Assembly (NCBI GenBank): GCA_034927265.1
Contig: JAYFQH010000026.1
Location: 2,220-66,219, forward strand
Reading direction: 5' to 3'
DNA length: 64,000 nucleotides
Origin: Paludibacter sp.
GTDB lineage: Bacteria; Bacteroidota; Bacteroidia; Bacteroidales; Paludibacteraceae
Part shown: in pieces, positions 27,490 through 36,451 of the stretch
Position numbering within the stretch: the first letter of the stretch is position 1
How the letters are laid out: each line of letters begins with the position of its first letter
The notes under the pieces: model-generated
Told to the model about the DNA's origin: nothing
Database searches by the model: none
What the model saw: the letters and a program-made list of their open reading frames with translations, nothing else
Program-made: the position numbers and the translations under genes

Positions 27490-30400
27490 TTACCAGGTCA
27501 TTAAAACAGGCTTATCCGCAGATTCGCGTGAGGAGATAATGAACTGCTCTCCGTTATCGGCATCATCTCCCAATTGCCTGAGCTCGCGAATAAAAATGAA
27601 AGTTATGCTTTTCCCTTTTATCCGGCGTAGAATGTCGGTAACATCGATTGCGCAATCGGTTTGTTCCATTCCGGCAACCATTTCTCCGGCCAGAAAAGTA
27701 TCCGAACCGGTACTTACCCAACTGCACGTTACATCTCCGCTGAGTTGAGGCGCGTTGTCCCGGTTGATTCTATCTTCTTTCCAGCCGGTATTTTCCGTAG
27801 CGTATACATGCAGCCTGAAAGGAGCGGAGGAAGTAGTATGAGCAGATATTTTCAGAATAGCTGCCTGAAGTTTGTCCCTGTCGATCCGATTCAGGTCGAA
27901 ACGCATGTAACCGATTCTGTTGTCTTCTGGCCTGGCGGCATGCATTTCTACTTGTACTTCCGGTAGGTTGCCGTAATTTTCTTTTGCAAAGCGGCCGCCT
28001 TGCACAGTCGCGTCCGCCGCAGATGTTATTTCCCTATAGTTTTGACTTCCTTTCGCCGGAATGGTGAGGAGCATTACACTTTGAGCCGGTAGTTTCAGTG
28101 AAACGGACCGGTTGTTGTCTATGGACTTCACCATGGTAACGTTTCCGTAATTTTTCCCACTGACTTCTTCGGCAATGACGCGGGCATCTTTCCCTATATT
28201 CAGGCGACTCAGATCGATTGTTACCGTGTCGCAGACAATTTTTCTTTGTACTAACCAGATATAATACACCCCGGATAAGTTGTCGTACGATACCATTACG
28301 TCGGTATCCCGGTTGCCTGGCGAACTAACGGTTGTTTTTAACAAGGGACGTTCATCCTTGAAACCTTTGGCGAACAAGCGGATGACTTCTCCCGTGCGGT
28401 GTATGCCGCTGATGCTGTACGACGGCTGGATATTTTTCATGGAAGCAGCATCGAACAGTTTAATTTCACGTATCTTGATGCTTCCGGCATCCGTTGAAAC
28501 AAATCGAACTTTGTCGGTTTCTACGCGAGTATTAAATATGAAAAACGATTGTACATATTTTGCTCCTTTCTGAACGGTTTCTTCTATGTCGATCCATTCG
28601 TTTTCCTTCATATATTGTAATTTGAAATTTTTCACCCTATCGGGACCTGTGAATACGCCGTATGCAGAACCGGTATAAACTACGGCACCACCTATGGAAT
28701 ACATTTTCCCCAGGTCTATTTCCAGATATTTATCATTATTGGTTAACGGCGACAGCCAGGCGGAGCTGTCACTTTTATCTCCGTCACATATTCCGGCTAT
28801 TTTTACAGGTGTTCCGGATGTCCGATCGAAAACAGGCTTATCTTTTGCGATATTCAGATAAGCGTCTTCCACAATTCGTTGTCCCTGCCAGGTCAGGTGA
28901 TGCCCCGATTTGATACCGCGGGGATAAGTTCCGCTTGCGGTATTCGCCATTTTAAATGCCCACATACCGTAACATCCGTTCAGTGTATTATTGGTATATT
29001 CTCCCGCCCATTCGGTAAATAAGGAGGGAGAGTCCATGGTTTCGTATTTATCGATCAGGTGAGCATTCATCCAGCGCCCGGTTTCGGTAAAAACAATTGG
29101 CAACGACTTTTTCTGCGGATGATTTTCTGTAATAAGTTCCCTGATCTCCGATACTTTGGTTGCATAACCGGAGGCCGGGAGATTATAGGCATGGGTGGAG
29201 AATATGTCTATCAGGTCGCGGTTTCCCGGTTTACCGCTGTAATGCGTGCGGATATTTTTCATAACTTCAACCCACCAGTCGATGTTGGTTCCTGCTGTTA
29301 TTGGAGATAATATCTTTGCTGTCAGTTTTTTACCGTATCGTTTGTTGACATCTTCCACAGCACAATGCACGGCATCCGATACGATTTGTAAACCGGAAAT
29401 GTATGTTTCGATTTTCATCGGACCTGCAGCGTGGTGATTCGGTTCGTTTTGCATGGCAAACATGCTCACATCACCTGTTTTGGCGGCATAATAGGCTAAA
29501 GCGTAAAAACGCTGCCACTGTTGCCATTTGTTCGACCAGTTATTATTGAAGTTCCGGTCGTTTATCTGTAGAACAACATCAATTCCGAGCCGCTTCGTTT
29601 CTTCCAATGCATACCTCAGTTCCGTGGCATTGGTTCCGTACATGATTGTTTCGCAGACCGGAATGATTTGTTCCCAGCGAATGAAGGTGTTGTGTTCCGG
29701 ATTATTTCTCAGCATTTGTTTGTTGACTTCGAAGCGGGATAGTGAATTTACCTGTTCATCCGCGGATATGCATGAGACCGGTACGTAATCGTTCAGAGAA
29801 GCCCATACACGCAGACTGTTTACGTTCGAATACCGTAACCAGTCGCTCGCATTACATCCAGGCACGAAATATCCTTGATTATAGGCAACGTACTTCATTG
29901 ATTTGCCGGTAGTTTCCGGATAAACAGAAATCCGTATGTTTTCACCGGCCTGCTCGGCATAGGGTTGCTCTTTTGCTTCGGGTGCATCAGGTAACGGCAT
30001 ATTTTTTTTGACCGTACCAAATATCTCTATTTCGTTAATACGGATGGGTTCGCCGTCGGTTGAAATCAGACGAAACTGAAAAGTAGTCAGCGCCGGCTTG
30101 AAACGGAATAAAATAGTATCTTTTCTGTTTTCATATATTTCAGTCTGTGGAAGATCGGTCCAGTTAGCATCGTCCCAATATTGCATTCTCATGTTTTTGA
30201 CAGACCAGAAGCCGGGCGCCTGGCCTTTTTCAGCATTTTTTTTTTCTGTTTCCGGTATACCGCTATAGATAACTACACGGTTTACATCGCAATATTGTTT
30301 GAGATTGATTGTTACCTGATGCGGAGGACGGACAGAAGCATGGCTCATCCATGCATGGTTCCGGGATATTCTACCATCCGTAATGTTGAACGCCGGAGAA

Positions 30401-30522
30401 TTCCCGTCTTCGGAAGAAACGGCAACAGGTTTGTGCAAAGCGACGTTTATTTCCTGCGCAAACAGGCTTGACGCAGCAATTAAAAAGTATAAGAGACACA
30501 GGAACAATCTGAAATTCGGCAT
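27490..30522 (-). CDS. Secreted multidomain glycoside hydrolase candidate: F5/8-type C (CBM32-like), clan GH-A TIM barrel, second F5/8-type C, beta-sandwich tail
   Basis: The ATG at 30522 gives a signal peptide (MPNFRLFLCLLYFLIAASSLFAQ). There are two discoidin-like modules (IRINEIEIFG and IKIREIKLFD endings). Clan GH-A style catalytic motifs are present: MQNEPNHH (acid/base) and IVFTETGRW (nucleophile). The C-terminal module has GYMRFDL. Confidence 0.6.
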   Translation of the reverse strand: MPNFRLFLCLLYFLIAASSLFAQEINVALHKPVAVSSEDGNSPAFNITDGRISRNHAWMSHASVRPPHQVTINLKQYCDVNRVVIYSGIPETEKKNAEKGQAPGFWSVKNMRMQYWDDANWTDLPQTEIYENRKDTILFRFKPALTTFQFRLISTDGEPIRINEIEIFGTVKKNMPLPDAPEAKEQPYAEQAGENIRISVYPETTGKSMKYVAYNQGYFVPGCNASDWLRYSNVNSLRVWASLNDYVPVSCISADEQVNSLSRFEVNKQMLRNNPEHNTFIRWEQIIPVCETIMYGTNATELRYALEETKRLGIDVVLQINDRNFNNNWSNKWQQWQRFYALAYYAAKTGDVSMFAMQNEPNHHAAGPMKIETYISGLQIVSDAVHCAVEDVNKRYGKKLTAKILSPITAGTNIDWWVEVMKNIRTHYSGKPGNRDLIDIFSTHAYNLPASGYATKVSEIRELITENHPQKKSLPIVFTETGRWMNAHLIDKYETMDSPSLFTEWAGEYTNNTLNGCYGMWAFKMANTASGTYPRGIKSGHHLTWQGQRIVEDAYLNIAKDKPVFDRTSGTPVKIAGICDGDKSDSSAWLSPLTNNDKYLEIDLGKMYSIGGAVVYTGSAYGVFTGPDRVKNFKLQYMKENEWIDIEETVQKGAKYVQSFFIFNTRVETDKVRFVSTDAGSIKIREIKLFDAASMKNIQPSYSISGIHRTGEVIRLFAKGFKDERPLLKTTVSSPGNRDTDVMVSYDNLSGVYYIWLVQRKIVCDTVTIDLSRLNIGKDARVIAEEVSGKNYGNVTMVKSIDNNRSVSLKLPAQSVMLLTIPAKGSQNYREITSAADATVQGGRFAKENYGNLPEVQVEMHAARPEDNRIGYMRFDLNRIDRDKLQAAILKISAHTTSSAPFRLHVYATENTGWKEDRINRDNAPQLSGDVTCSWVSTGSDTFLAGEMVAGMEQTDCAIDVTDILRRIKGKSITFIFIRELRQLGDDADNGEQFIISSRESADKPVLMTW

Positions 30523-30572
30523 GATCTTTTTTATAAATATAAACGTAATAAGTACATAGGGCACAAAAGAAA

Positions 30573-30616
30573 GTGATGAGTGATAAGTGATAAGTGATGT
30601 CACTTATCACTTATCG
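30573..30616. repeat. Heptamer-repeat hairpin: GTGATRA x3.7 facing TTATCAC x2; perfect 16 bp stem with a 2 nt centre
   Basis: 30582-30597 gataagtgataagtga and 30600-30615 tcacttatcacttatc are exact reverse complements. It lies between the stop of the 308 aa gene (30641) and the start of the next gene (30522). Confidence 0.9.
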
Positions 30617-30640
30617 TCAATCTTAATGGCCTTATATGAT

Positions 30641-31567
30641 TTATTTAATAACTGTTTTTATCATTTCCGTACTACGATCCGGCGACGAAATTTTAATGAT
30701 ATTGAAACCCTGAGGCAAGGTAACAGATGCCCCGTTTGACAATACATTATTTCGCACAATTGCTCCTACCTGGTTATATACGGTTATAGATATGTTATCT
30801 TTAGCAATCAGTTCATTACCGGTAATTTGAGCTACAGAAGTCGGGGATGCGGGTTTAAGACCAGTGCTGGTCCTGATGCCGGTAACGGTTACATTGTCAA
30901 CGCGGGAAATTCCTCCACTTCCCAATGGACCTCCACCTACGGCAATATCATTCACACACCATCTGAAAGCAACTTTTACCTGATTATTGCATGCAGCCGG
31001 TAAAACATGCGTCCACAAATCAGCCGGGTTGCTTCCGATTTTAGAACTAGACGAGGCACCTGTACGAACATCTTTAAATACGTCGTCCACCCATGCACCA
31101 TCTCCTACTTTATATCCAAACCGGAATTGTGTCATTCCCACAGTTCCTACACTTACCAGATACAGGCTTACCTCTATATTTTCCTTATTTAGCGTAGTAA
31201 GACTATCCAACAACCAATACCTTGTTGTTCTACCCAATGCGTCATCTTTTTGCCAGGCAGACTGACTGATGCAATTTGTACCAAAATTTGTTGTTGTAAC
31301 CAGAGTATGATTATTTTCATAAAAGCTAACAGCCTCTTCTCCGTTCATTCCTTCTCTGAAAGCGCCGAAAGTAGCATCTTTTTTATTCTTATACTCATTA
31401 TACGCATAGAGCCTTGTCCCTCCTGTTTCTTCATCGGATCCCCAGTAAAGATAATCAGCAGTACCGGCATTAAATCCCCAATACGCCAAAGTGTCACGTT
31501 GTGCAAACATTGCGCCTGCACATAATGTAAAGACCAAAGTCCATACGATTTGTAATTTTTGTTTCAT
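30641..31567 (-). CDS. Secreted hypothetical protein with a T9SS C-terminal sorting domain
   Basis: Signal peptide ending AQ, a beta-rich body, and a C-terminal ~80 aa (ISITVYNQVGAIV...GFNIIKISSPDRSTEMIKTVIK) typical of a Por/T9SS CTD. Confidence 0.6.
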   Translation of the reverse strand: MKQKLQIVWTLVFTLCAGAMFAQRDTLAYWGFNAGTADYLYWGSDEETGGTRLYAYNEYKNKKDATFGAFREGMNGEEAVSFYENNHTLVTTTNFGTNCISQSAWQKDDALGRTTRYWLLDSLTTLNKENIEVSLYLVSVGTVGMTQFRFGYKVGDGAWVDDVFKDVRTGASSSSKIGSNPADLWTHVLPAACNNQVKVAFRWCVNDIAVGGGPLGSGGISRVDNVTVTGIRTSTGLKPASPTSVAQITGNELIAKDNISITVYNQVGAIVRNNVLSNGASVTLPQGFNIIKISSPDRSTEMIKTVIK

Positions 31568-31653
31568 AATACAATAAAATTTAATGATTAATAAATTATT
31601 AGAAATTAGAAATTAAATTATATAAGCTATGTAAATAATATTTACTCTTCGTT

Positions 31654-31680
31654 ATTCACTATTATTTTCCACTATTCACT
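31654..31680. repeat. Short heptamer array (ATTCACT ATTATTT TCCACT ATTCACT) overlapping the stop codon of the 1028 aa gene
   Basis: Read directly. It uses the same unit type as 57474-57508 and the CTCCACT units at 18865-18885. Confidence 0.6.
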
Positions 31681-34600
31681 TGATAACAATCTTTCGATTT
31701 ATATTCTGTAAACCGTCAAACAACCTGACTACATAGATGCCTGCCGGAAAACCTGCATCAATCCGTTTGCTCGGCGCTATTTCTCCTTTCCACACACAAA
31801 CGCCTGAGATATTATAAATACTGCCTTGTAATATTTCCTGAAAACCGGAAAAACAGATTTGATCACCCTGCTGGTAAATTTTTGTTTCCGGCTGTCCCGG
31901 CAATTGTGTGCCAGAGGTCTGATTTGCGCGGATATTCAATATCAACTGTGGTGATAAGGTTCCGTTTTCTTTGGAATACCATGCAGAAGGTTGTGTGGCA
32001 TCGCTGTTGTCCGTAATCCTGAATGTAACGTATTCCGGTCTGTCAACACCTTTTATCAGCCAGTTGCGTACGTTCAGGTCGATATAATTCTTACCGGCTG
32101 ATATACGGCTTTTCTTTGCCCGTAACTTGCCGAATGAATTACGCATTTCAGGAATAGAGGCGGCAATGGCAGCATTGAATGTTGTTTCATCCCAATCCGT
32201 ATTCGCGACGCCGAAAATCTTGAGATCCCTGTCGGTATAGTTTCCTGAAGCATCGTACAACCTGAGCACGGCATTTTCTATGTATTGCAACGAATCTTTG
32301 TAATTTCCCAAAGCAAATTTCAGAAAAGCCTCGCTTTCGCCGGTAGCCGCGGCAGCATTGCCAATCTGCAGGGTTGTTTCCAGTCCTTTAACGGCAGAAT
32401 TTTCCGGTAAACTGATGTATGTATCACCTGCAGGATACAACACGATTTCTTTGGTTGTTAAAGGAGCATAGACGCGATCATCAATAAAATCCACTATGCG
32501 GTAAACCTGGTTATTCAATTCCTTCATGTAAGCAATCATTTCCGTCCATGGTTCATTATTGACCGAAACAATCCCTTTATTGGAGGTTCCGTCGTCGATC
32601 CAGCGGAAATATTGCCAACCTATGAAATATCCGGACTGAAGCACTTCCAGACAAGTATTCTGATAGAACACCCCTCTGTCGTTTTGCGTCCTGACCATGT
32701 AACCGGCGCCATCCTGAAGATCAATGTTGCTGGGTTCCAATCCTTTTACATAAAACTCGGTAATCAGACAAGGTTTGTCGTGCGTCCATTCTGTCCATTT
32801 TTTCGGATGCGTGATCTCTTCGTTGGGTGTGGGATAGTTGTAGAAATTGACGGAGATTACATCGCACCAGCGGGCAGAAGCTTCCACCACCTGCCGGATA
32901 CCGCGCGGCCGTCCGTGCAGACGGCTGCCCAGATACAAATGATTGGGCATATGTTTTTTCAGTGCAGCCGACACCTTACTGAAATACCATTCGGCTAATA
33001 TACCGGCATATTCTTCTTTCACGGCATTCGGTACCGATCCATAATTACTGATAACCGTGGCTTTGGATATTCCTTTGGACGTAATGAAATTTAATGCCGA
33101 AATATAATTAGGATCCGTTTCAGGCAGGTCTTTGAGAAAGTTCTGTATCTGATCCTGATTGAAATTGATCTCATTATCGGAAAATACGCCCATCAGGTTC
33201 CGTTCATTGGCCGAAGGGGCAAAATAGTTTTTCGCATGCGTGTCGCAAAACTCTTCAAATTCGGGATCCATGATGGTGATGTAGTTTCCATTGTCCAAAT
33301 TAGATGGGAAAGTATATCCTTTAGTCAGACGGTAAGCCCTGTAACGTTGGAAAAATCCTCCCGATGAGGATGGCCCTACATTCCCCCTGTCGCCCAATCC
33401 GCGACGGGTGTAAGAAAACGGTTCGAAAGATTTATTGTTATATTGCGTAACAGGCAGATTCTCAGGAGTAATAAAATTTCCTGCTCCATTGTATCCCAAT
33501 CCTTTCATCAGATCGTAAGCCCAGTCAGCCACGTTAGCAGCTGTGTTGATGGTAGTAACCGCCATATTCAGACCGGCGTATCCGTCCGGGTCGACGAGCC
33601 ACCAGCGACCATCTATTTTCTTTACATAGAAAAATCCTGTTGAATCAGTACGGATATTGAAATTACTTCCGTACCAGTTGAAATCGTCTGTTGCATCAGG
33701 ATCGGACTGAAAACCCGACATCCGTGAAACAAGTTGCGCATTGCGCGTATAACGATTGGAAGCCGAACTCCATAAATTGAGTTCCACCGTCGTACTTCCC
33801 GTATTTTCGTCTTTCTTTTCAAAAACAACGGTATAGGTTTTCTTTGTAACATTATCCAAAGCGGTAACCTCAATTATTGCCGTACGTTCCGCTAATTCTC
33901 CGTCGATAGATTGCGCCTGAGTGATTGTTACCGAAGCGCCTGACCGGGAAGGCGTTGCAGTCAATACCGGTACATTGACAGCCTGCAACGGCAGGTAGCA
34001 GATATATTCCGAATGCTGATCATTATAATCGGAAAAAGGTTGAAAATTACCGTCGCCTTCTTTATCGATTGAGATCGAGGACAGGTTCGCATTGGATGAT
34101 GCTTCCGAAATTACCAATTGCGGTTTGTTGGTAGCGCTTTCTTTGGAAAGGAAATACATATCACTGGAACCTTGTCCGCCGGAGGTAGCTGATTCATAGA
34201 CGATGATGGAGAATGTCATCTGTCCGGCTGCTTTTTTGGCTTTTACAAAATCAGTCAGATCCCATTCCCAGTACACGCCTGTGGTAAAGGTGGAACGTTT
34301 GGTGGAACTGATGTCGACACGAGCGCCCTCTGTTAAAGCAACATAACCTGAAAACTGACTGTTTTGGGCTGTTGCCGGGTTAGGTACGCTATAGGGAGTC
34401 AATGTGGCTTCCGTCCACGTCCATTCCGGTAATTCAGCGACAATCAACTGACGTTGGATATCATTGTAAACCAATGAACTGCCGCTTCGTTCTTCCTTAA
34501 AATACAACCGAAACAATACATCACCAGTAATATTCCCTGTATAAGACGATACATCGAATTTGAAGATCGCGTAGCGGTTATACAAAGGCTCGTCAATTCC

Positions 34601-34762
34601 GCGGCGAACCGGTAAGTTAGTAGCGGAACCTGTCTCCGGAATTGTTTTCAGACGTTGAAGAAAAGTATCGTCCGTCGGAATCAGAACAACATTTTCCGCA
34701 CAAACCGGCATTGCTCCGGAGAAAACCATCAATATAACTGAAATGAAAAATATCTGTTTCAT
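31676..34762 (-). CDS. Large secreted T9SS cargo protein, putative glycan-active enzyme of unknown family
   Basis: Signal peptide present. N- and C-terminal beta-sandwich modules share the (I/L)FKFD/FLKFAL motif. A cadherin-like module is present (NANLSSISID...KKTYTVVFEK). The central region with DGRWWLVDPDGY, FSDNEINF and LITEFYVKG suggests a TIM-barrel hydrolase. The T9SS CTD is at the end (GIYVVRLFDGLQNINRKIVIK). Confidence 0.5.
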   Translation of the reverse strand: MKQIFFISVILMVFSGAMPVCAENVVLIPTDDTFLQRLKTIPETGSATNLPVRRGIDEPLYNRYAIFKFDVSSYTGNITGDVLFRLYFKEERSGSSLVYNDIQRQLIVAELPEWTWTEATLTPYSVPNPATAQNSQFSGYVALTEGARVDISSTKRSTFTTGVYWEWDLTDFVKAKKAAGQMTFSIIVYESATSGGQGSSDMYFLSKESATNKPQLVISEASSNANLSSISIDKEGDGNFQPFSDYNDQHSEYICYLPLQAVNVPVLTATPSRSGASVTITQAQSIDGELAERTAIIEVTALDNVTKKTYTVVFEKKDENTGSTTVELNLWSSASNRYTRNAQLVSRMSGFQSDPDATDDFNWYGSNFNIRTDSTGFFYVKKIDGRWWLVDPDGYAGLNMAVTTINTAANVADWAYDLMKGLGYNGAGNFITPENLPVTQYNNKSFEPFSYTRRGLGDRGNVGPSSSGGFFQRYRAYRLTKGYTFPSNLDNGNYITIMDPEFEEFCDTHAKNYFAPSANERNLMGVFSDNEINFNQDQIQNFLKDLPETDPNYISALNFITSKGISKATVISNYGSVPNAVKEEYAGILAEWYFSKVSAALKKHMPNHLYLGSRLHGRPRGIRQVVEASARWCDVISVNFYNYPTPNEEITHPKKWTEWTHDKPCLITEFYVKGLEPSNIDLQDGAGYMVRTQNDRGVFYQNTCLEVLQSGYFIGWQYFRWIDDGTSNKGIVSVNNEPWTEMIAYMKELNNQVYRIVDFIDDRVYAPLTTKEIVLYPAGDTYISLPENSAVKGLETTLQIGNAAAATGESEAFLKFALGNYKDSLQYIENAVLRLYDASGNYTDRDLKIFGVANTDWDETTFNAAIAASIPEMRNSFGKLRAKKSRISAGKNYIDLNVRNWLIKGVDRPEYVTFRITDNSDATQPSAWYSKENGTLSPQLILNIRANQTSGTQLPGQPETKIYQQGDQICFSGFQEILQGSIYNISGVCVWKGEIAPSKRIDAGFPAGIYVVRLFDGLQNINRKIVIK

Positions 34763-34774
34763 AAATAGATTTTT

Positions 34775-36439
34775 TTATTTGTACACGTCATGTTGCGGAA
34801 AATTATCCGCTCCCATCTGGTCTATTTCACTTTGAGGGATCGGCCAGTTCTCGTATCCTTCCTTGAAATAAAATCTCCGGTCGGCCGCAGCAGCCGGGGC
34901 AGGGTAGGACTGGCGATAAGATGTAGGGATATTGACTCCTTTGTTTCTGCCGGCAGCAGAGGCATTGGATGTGTATTCTCCGCCATAATTCCGTACCTGG
35001 TCGTACAATTTACCGATCCGTTTCAGAAATGAGAAGCGATGTCCTTCCATACAAAGTTCGCGGGCATGTTCGTCCATGATCATTTGGAGGGTGATGTCTC
35101 TGGTTTCTTCATTATTTCCGGCACGCATCCAGGTTTTGTTATAATACTTCCGGGCATTTACCTGGTCACCCTTGTTCATATAAGCTTCCGCAGCGATCAG
35201 GTAAGTTTCGGCCAGACGGTACATAATCACATCTTTGAAACTATTGGTTTGATCGGGAGTCAGAAGCGTCCATTTATCCACAAACTTGGTACACTGCGGA
35301 TGGAAATTTTCCCAATACTGACCCGAGCTGGCCGGGAAGATGGTATCGCCCAGTTCTTTTCCGACAGGAACCTTATCTGTTACATTGTAAGTGAAATAAT
35401 GTCTGAAATATTGTTGAAAACGTTTATCTTTCACCTTATCATAAAGGCTGAATAAATAATTATTCGGCATTAAACGTCCCCATCCGTAGGCGCCGAGTTC
35501 CAGATCGCAATAACCCATGATCAAACGGTATTGTGCAACAGTAATAATGCCCAGCCGGTGTCCGACAAATTTACCGCTTGATAAACCGCCTCCACCTCCG
35601 ATGTCGTCTTTGAACTGATAAGCAAATAAGGTTTCCATATGATTCAGGTTAGCACCTTCGAACACATCTTTCGGATTGGGTAACAGATCATATCGATGCG
35701 ATTCGAAAATGTCTTCGGTTTGTGCGATTGCTTCATCCCAGTCCTGTTGCCACATGGCTGCTTTTGCCTTGATATGTTTTGCTACTGCTTTATTATACCG
35801 CCCCCACATGGTTATTCCTGCGCCTGTGGCAGGTGTATTCCAATCTAAGTTGGCAATGGCGGTATCGAGATCGTCATTGATCAGTTTCCATACATCTTCT
35901 TCTTTGGCCGGTGTATAAACGGCTTTATCAATGGTTTCGAAAGTTGTCGGTTCGGTTGTCAGATAGATTCTTCCAAACTTGATCTGTAACCAGTAGTAGG
36001 CATGTGCCCTGAACAGGGAGGCTTCACCTGTAATTCTTATAACCAGTTCATTTTCCTGGTCCATCGTTTTGGCGGCAGCCAGTATTTCATTACATTTTCC
36101 GATGATCAGGTACTGATGCACCCAAAATTCCTTTACATTACTATTTCTCGTGTTGATGTTGTTGTAAGCGGCGAAAGTAGAACCTCCGCCTCCCCGGAAC
36201 CAGTCGATATCGGTGCCGATATCCAGCATATAAGCATAAACACTAACCTGTTCGTCCTTTTTAAAGTAAGATCGATCGATTGAATACAATGCGATGACAG
36301 CCCGTTCCAGCGCTTCCGGATCGGAATATAAAAATTCAGAAGTTATTTTGGTCTTATGTTCTTCTTCCAGCCAATCGGTACATGCAGCGGACAACAGAAG
36401 AAAAACGCATGAAATCAAGATATATATAGTTTTTTTCAT
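34775..36439 (-). CDS. susD: SusD/RagB family nutrient-binding outer-membrane lipoprotein
   Basis: Lipobox LLSAAC, 554 aa, TPR-like SusD motifs (RAHAYYWL, LIAAEAY), and position immediately downstream of SusC. Confidence 0.9.
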   Translation of the reverse strand: MKKTIYILISCVFLLLSAACTDWLEEEHKTKITSEFLYSDPEALERAVIALYSIDRSYFKKDEQVSVYAYMLDIGTDIDWFRGGGGSTFAAYNNINTRNSNVKEFWVHQYLIIGKCNEILAAAKTMDQENELVIRITGEASLFRAHAYYWLQIKFGRIYLTTEPTTFETIDKAVYTPAKEEDVWKLINDDLDTAIANLDWNTPATGAGITMWGRYNKAVAKHIKAKAAMWQQDWDEAIAQTEDIFESHRYDLLPNPKDVFEGANLNHMETLFAYQFKDDIGGGGGLSSGKFVGHRLGIITVAQYRLIMGYCDLELGAYGWGRLMPNNYLFSLYDKVKDKRFQQYFRHYFTYNVTDKVPVGKELGDTIFPASSGQYWENFHPQCTKFVDKWTLLTPDQTNSFKDVIMYRLAETYLIAAEAYMNKGDQVNARKYYNKTWMRAGNNEETRDITLQMIMDEHARELCMEGHRFSFLKRIGKLYDQVRNYGGEYTSNASAAGRNKGVNIPTSYRQSYPAPAAAADRRFYFKEGYENWPIPQSEIDQMGADNFPQHDVYK

Positions 36440-36451
36440 TATATAAACGTA

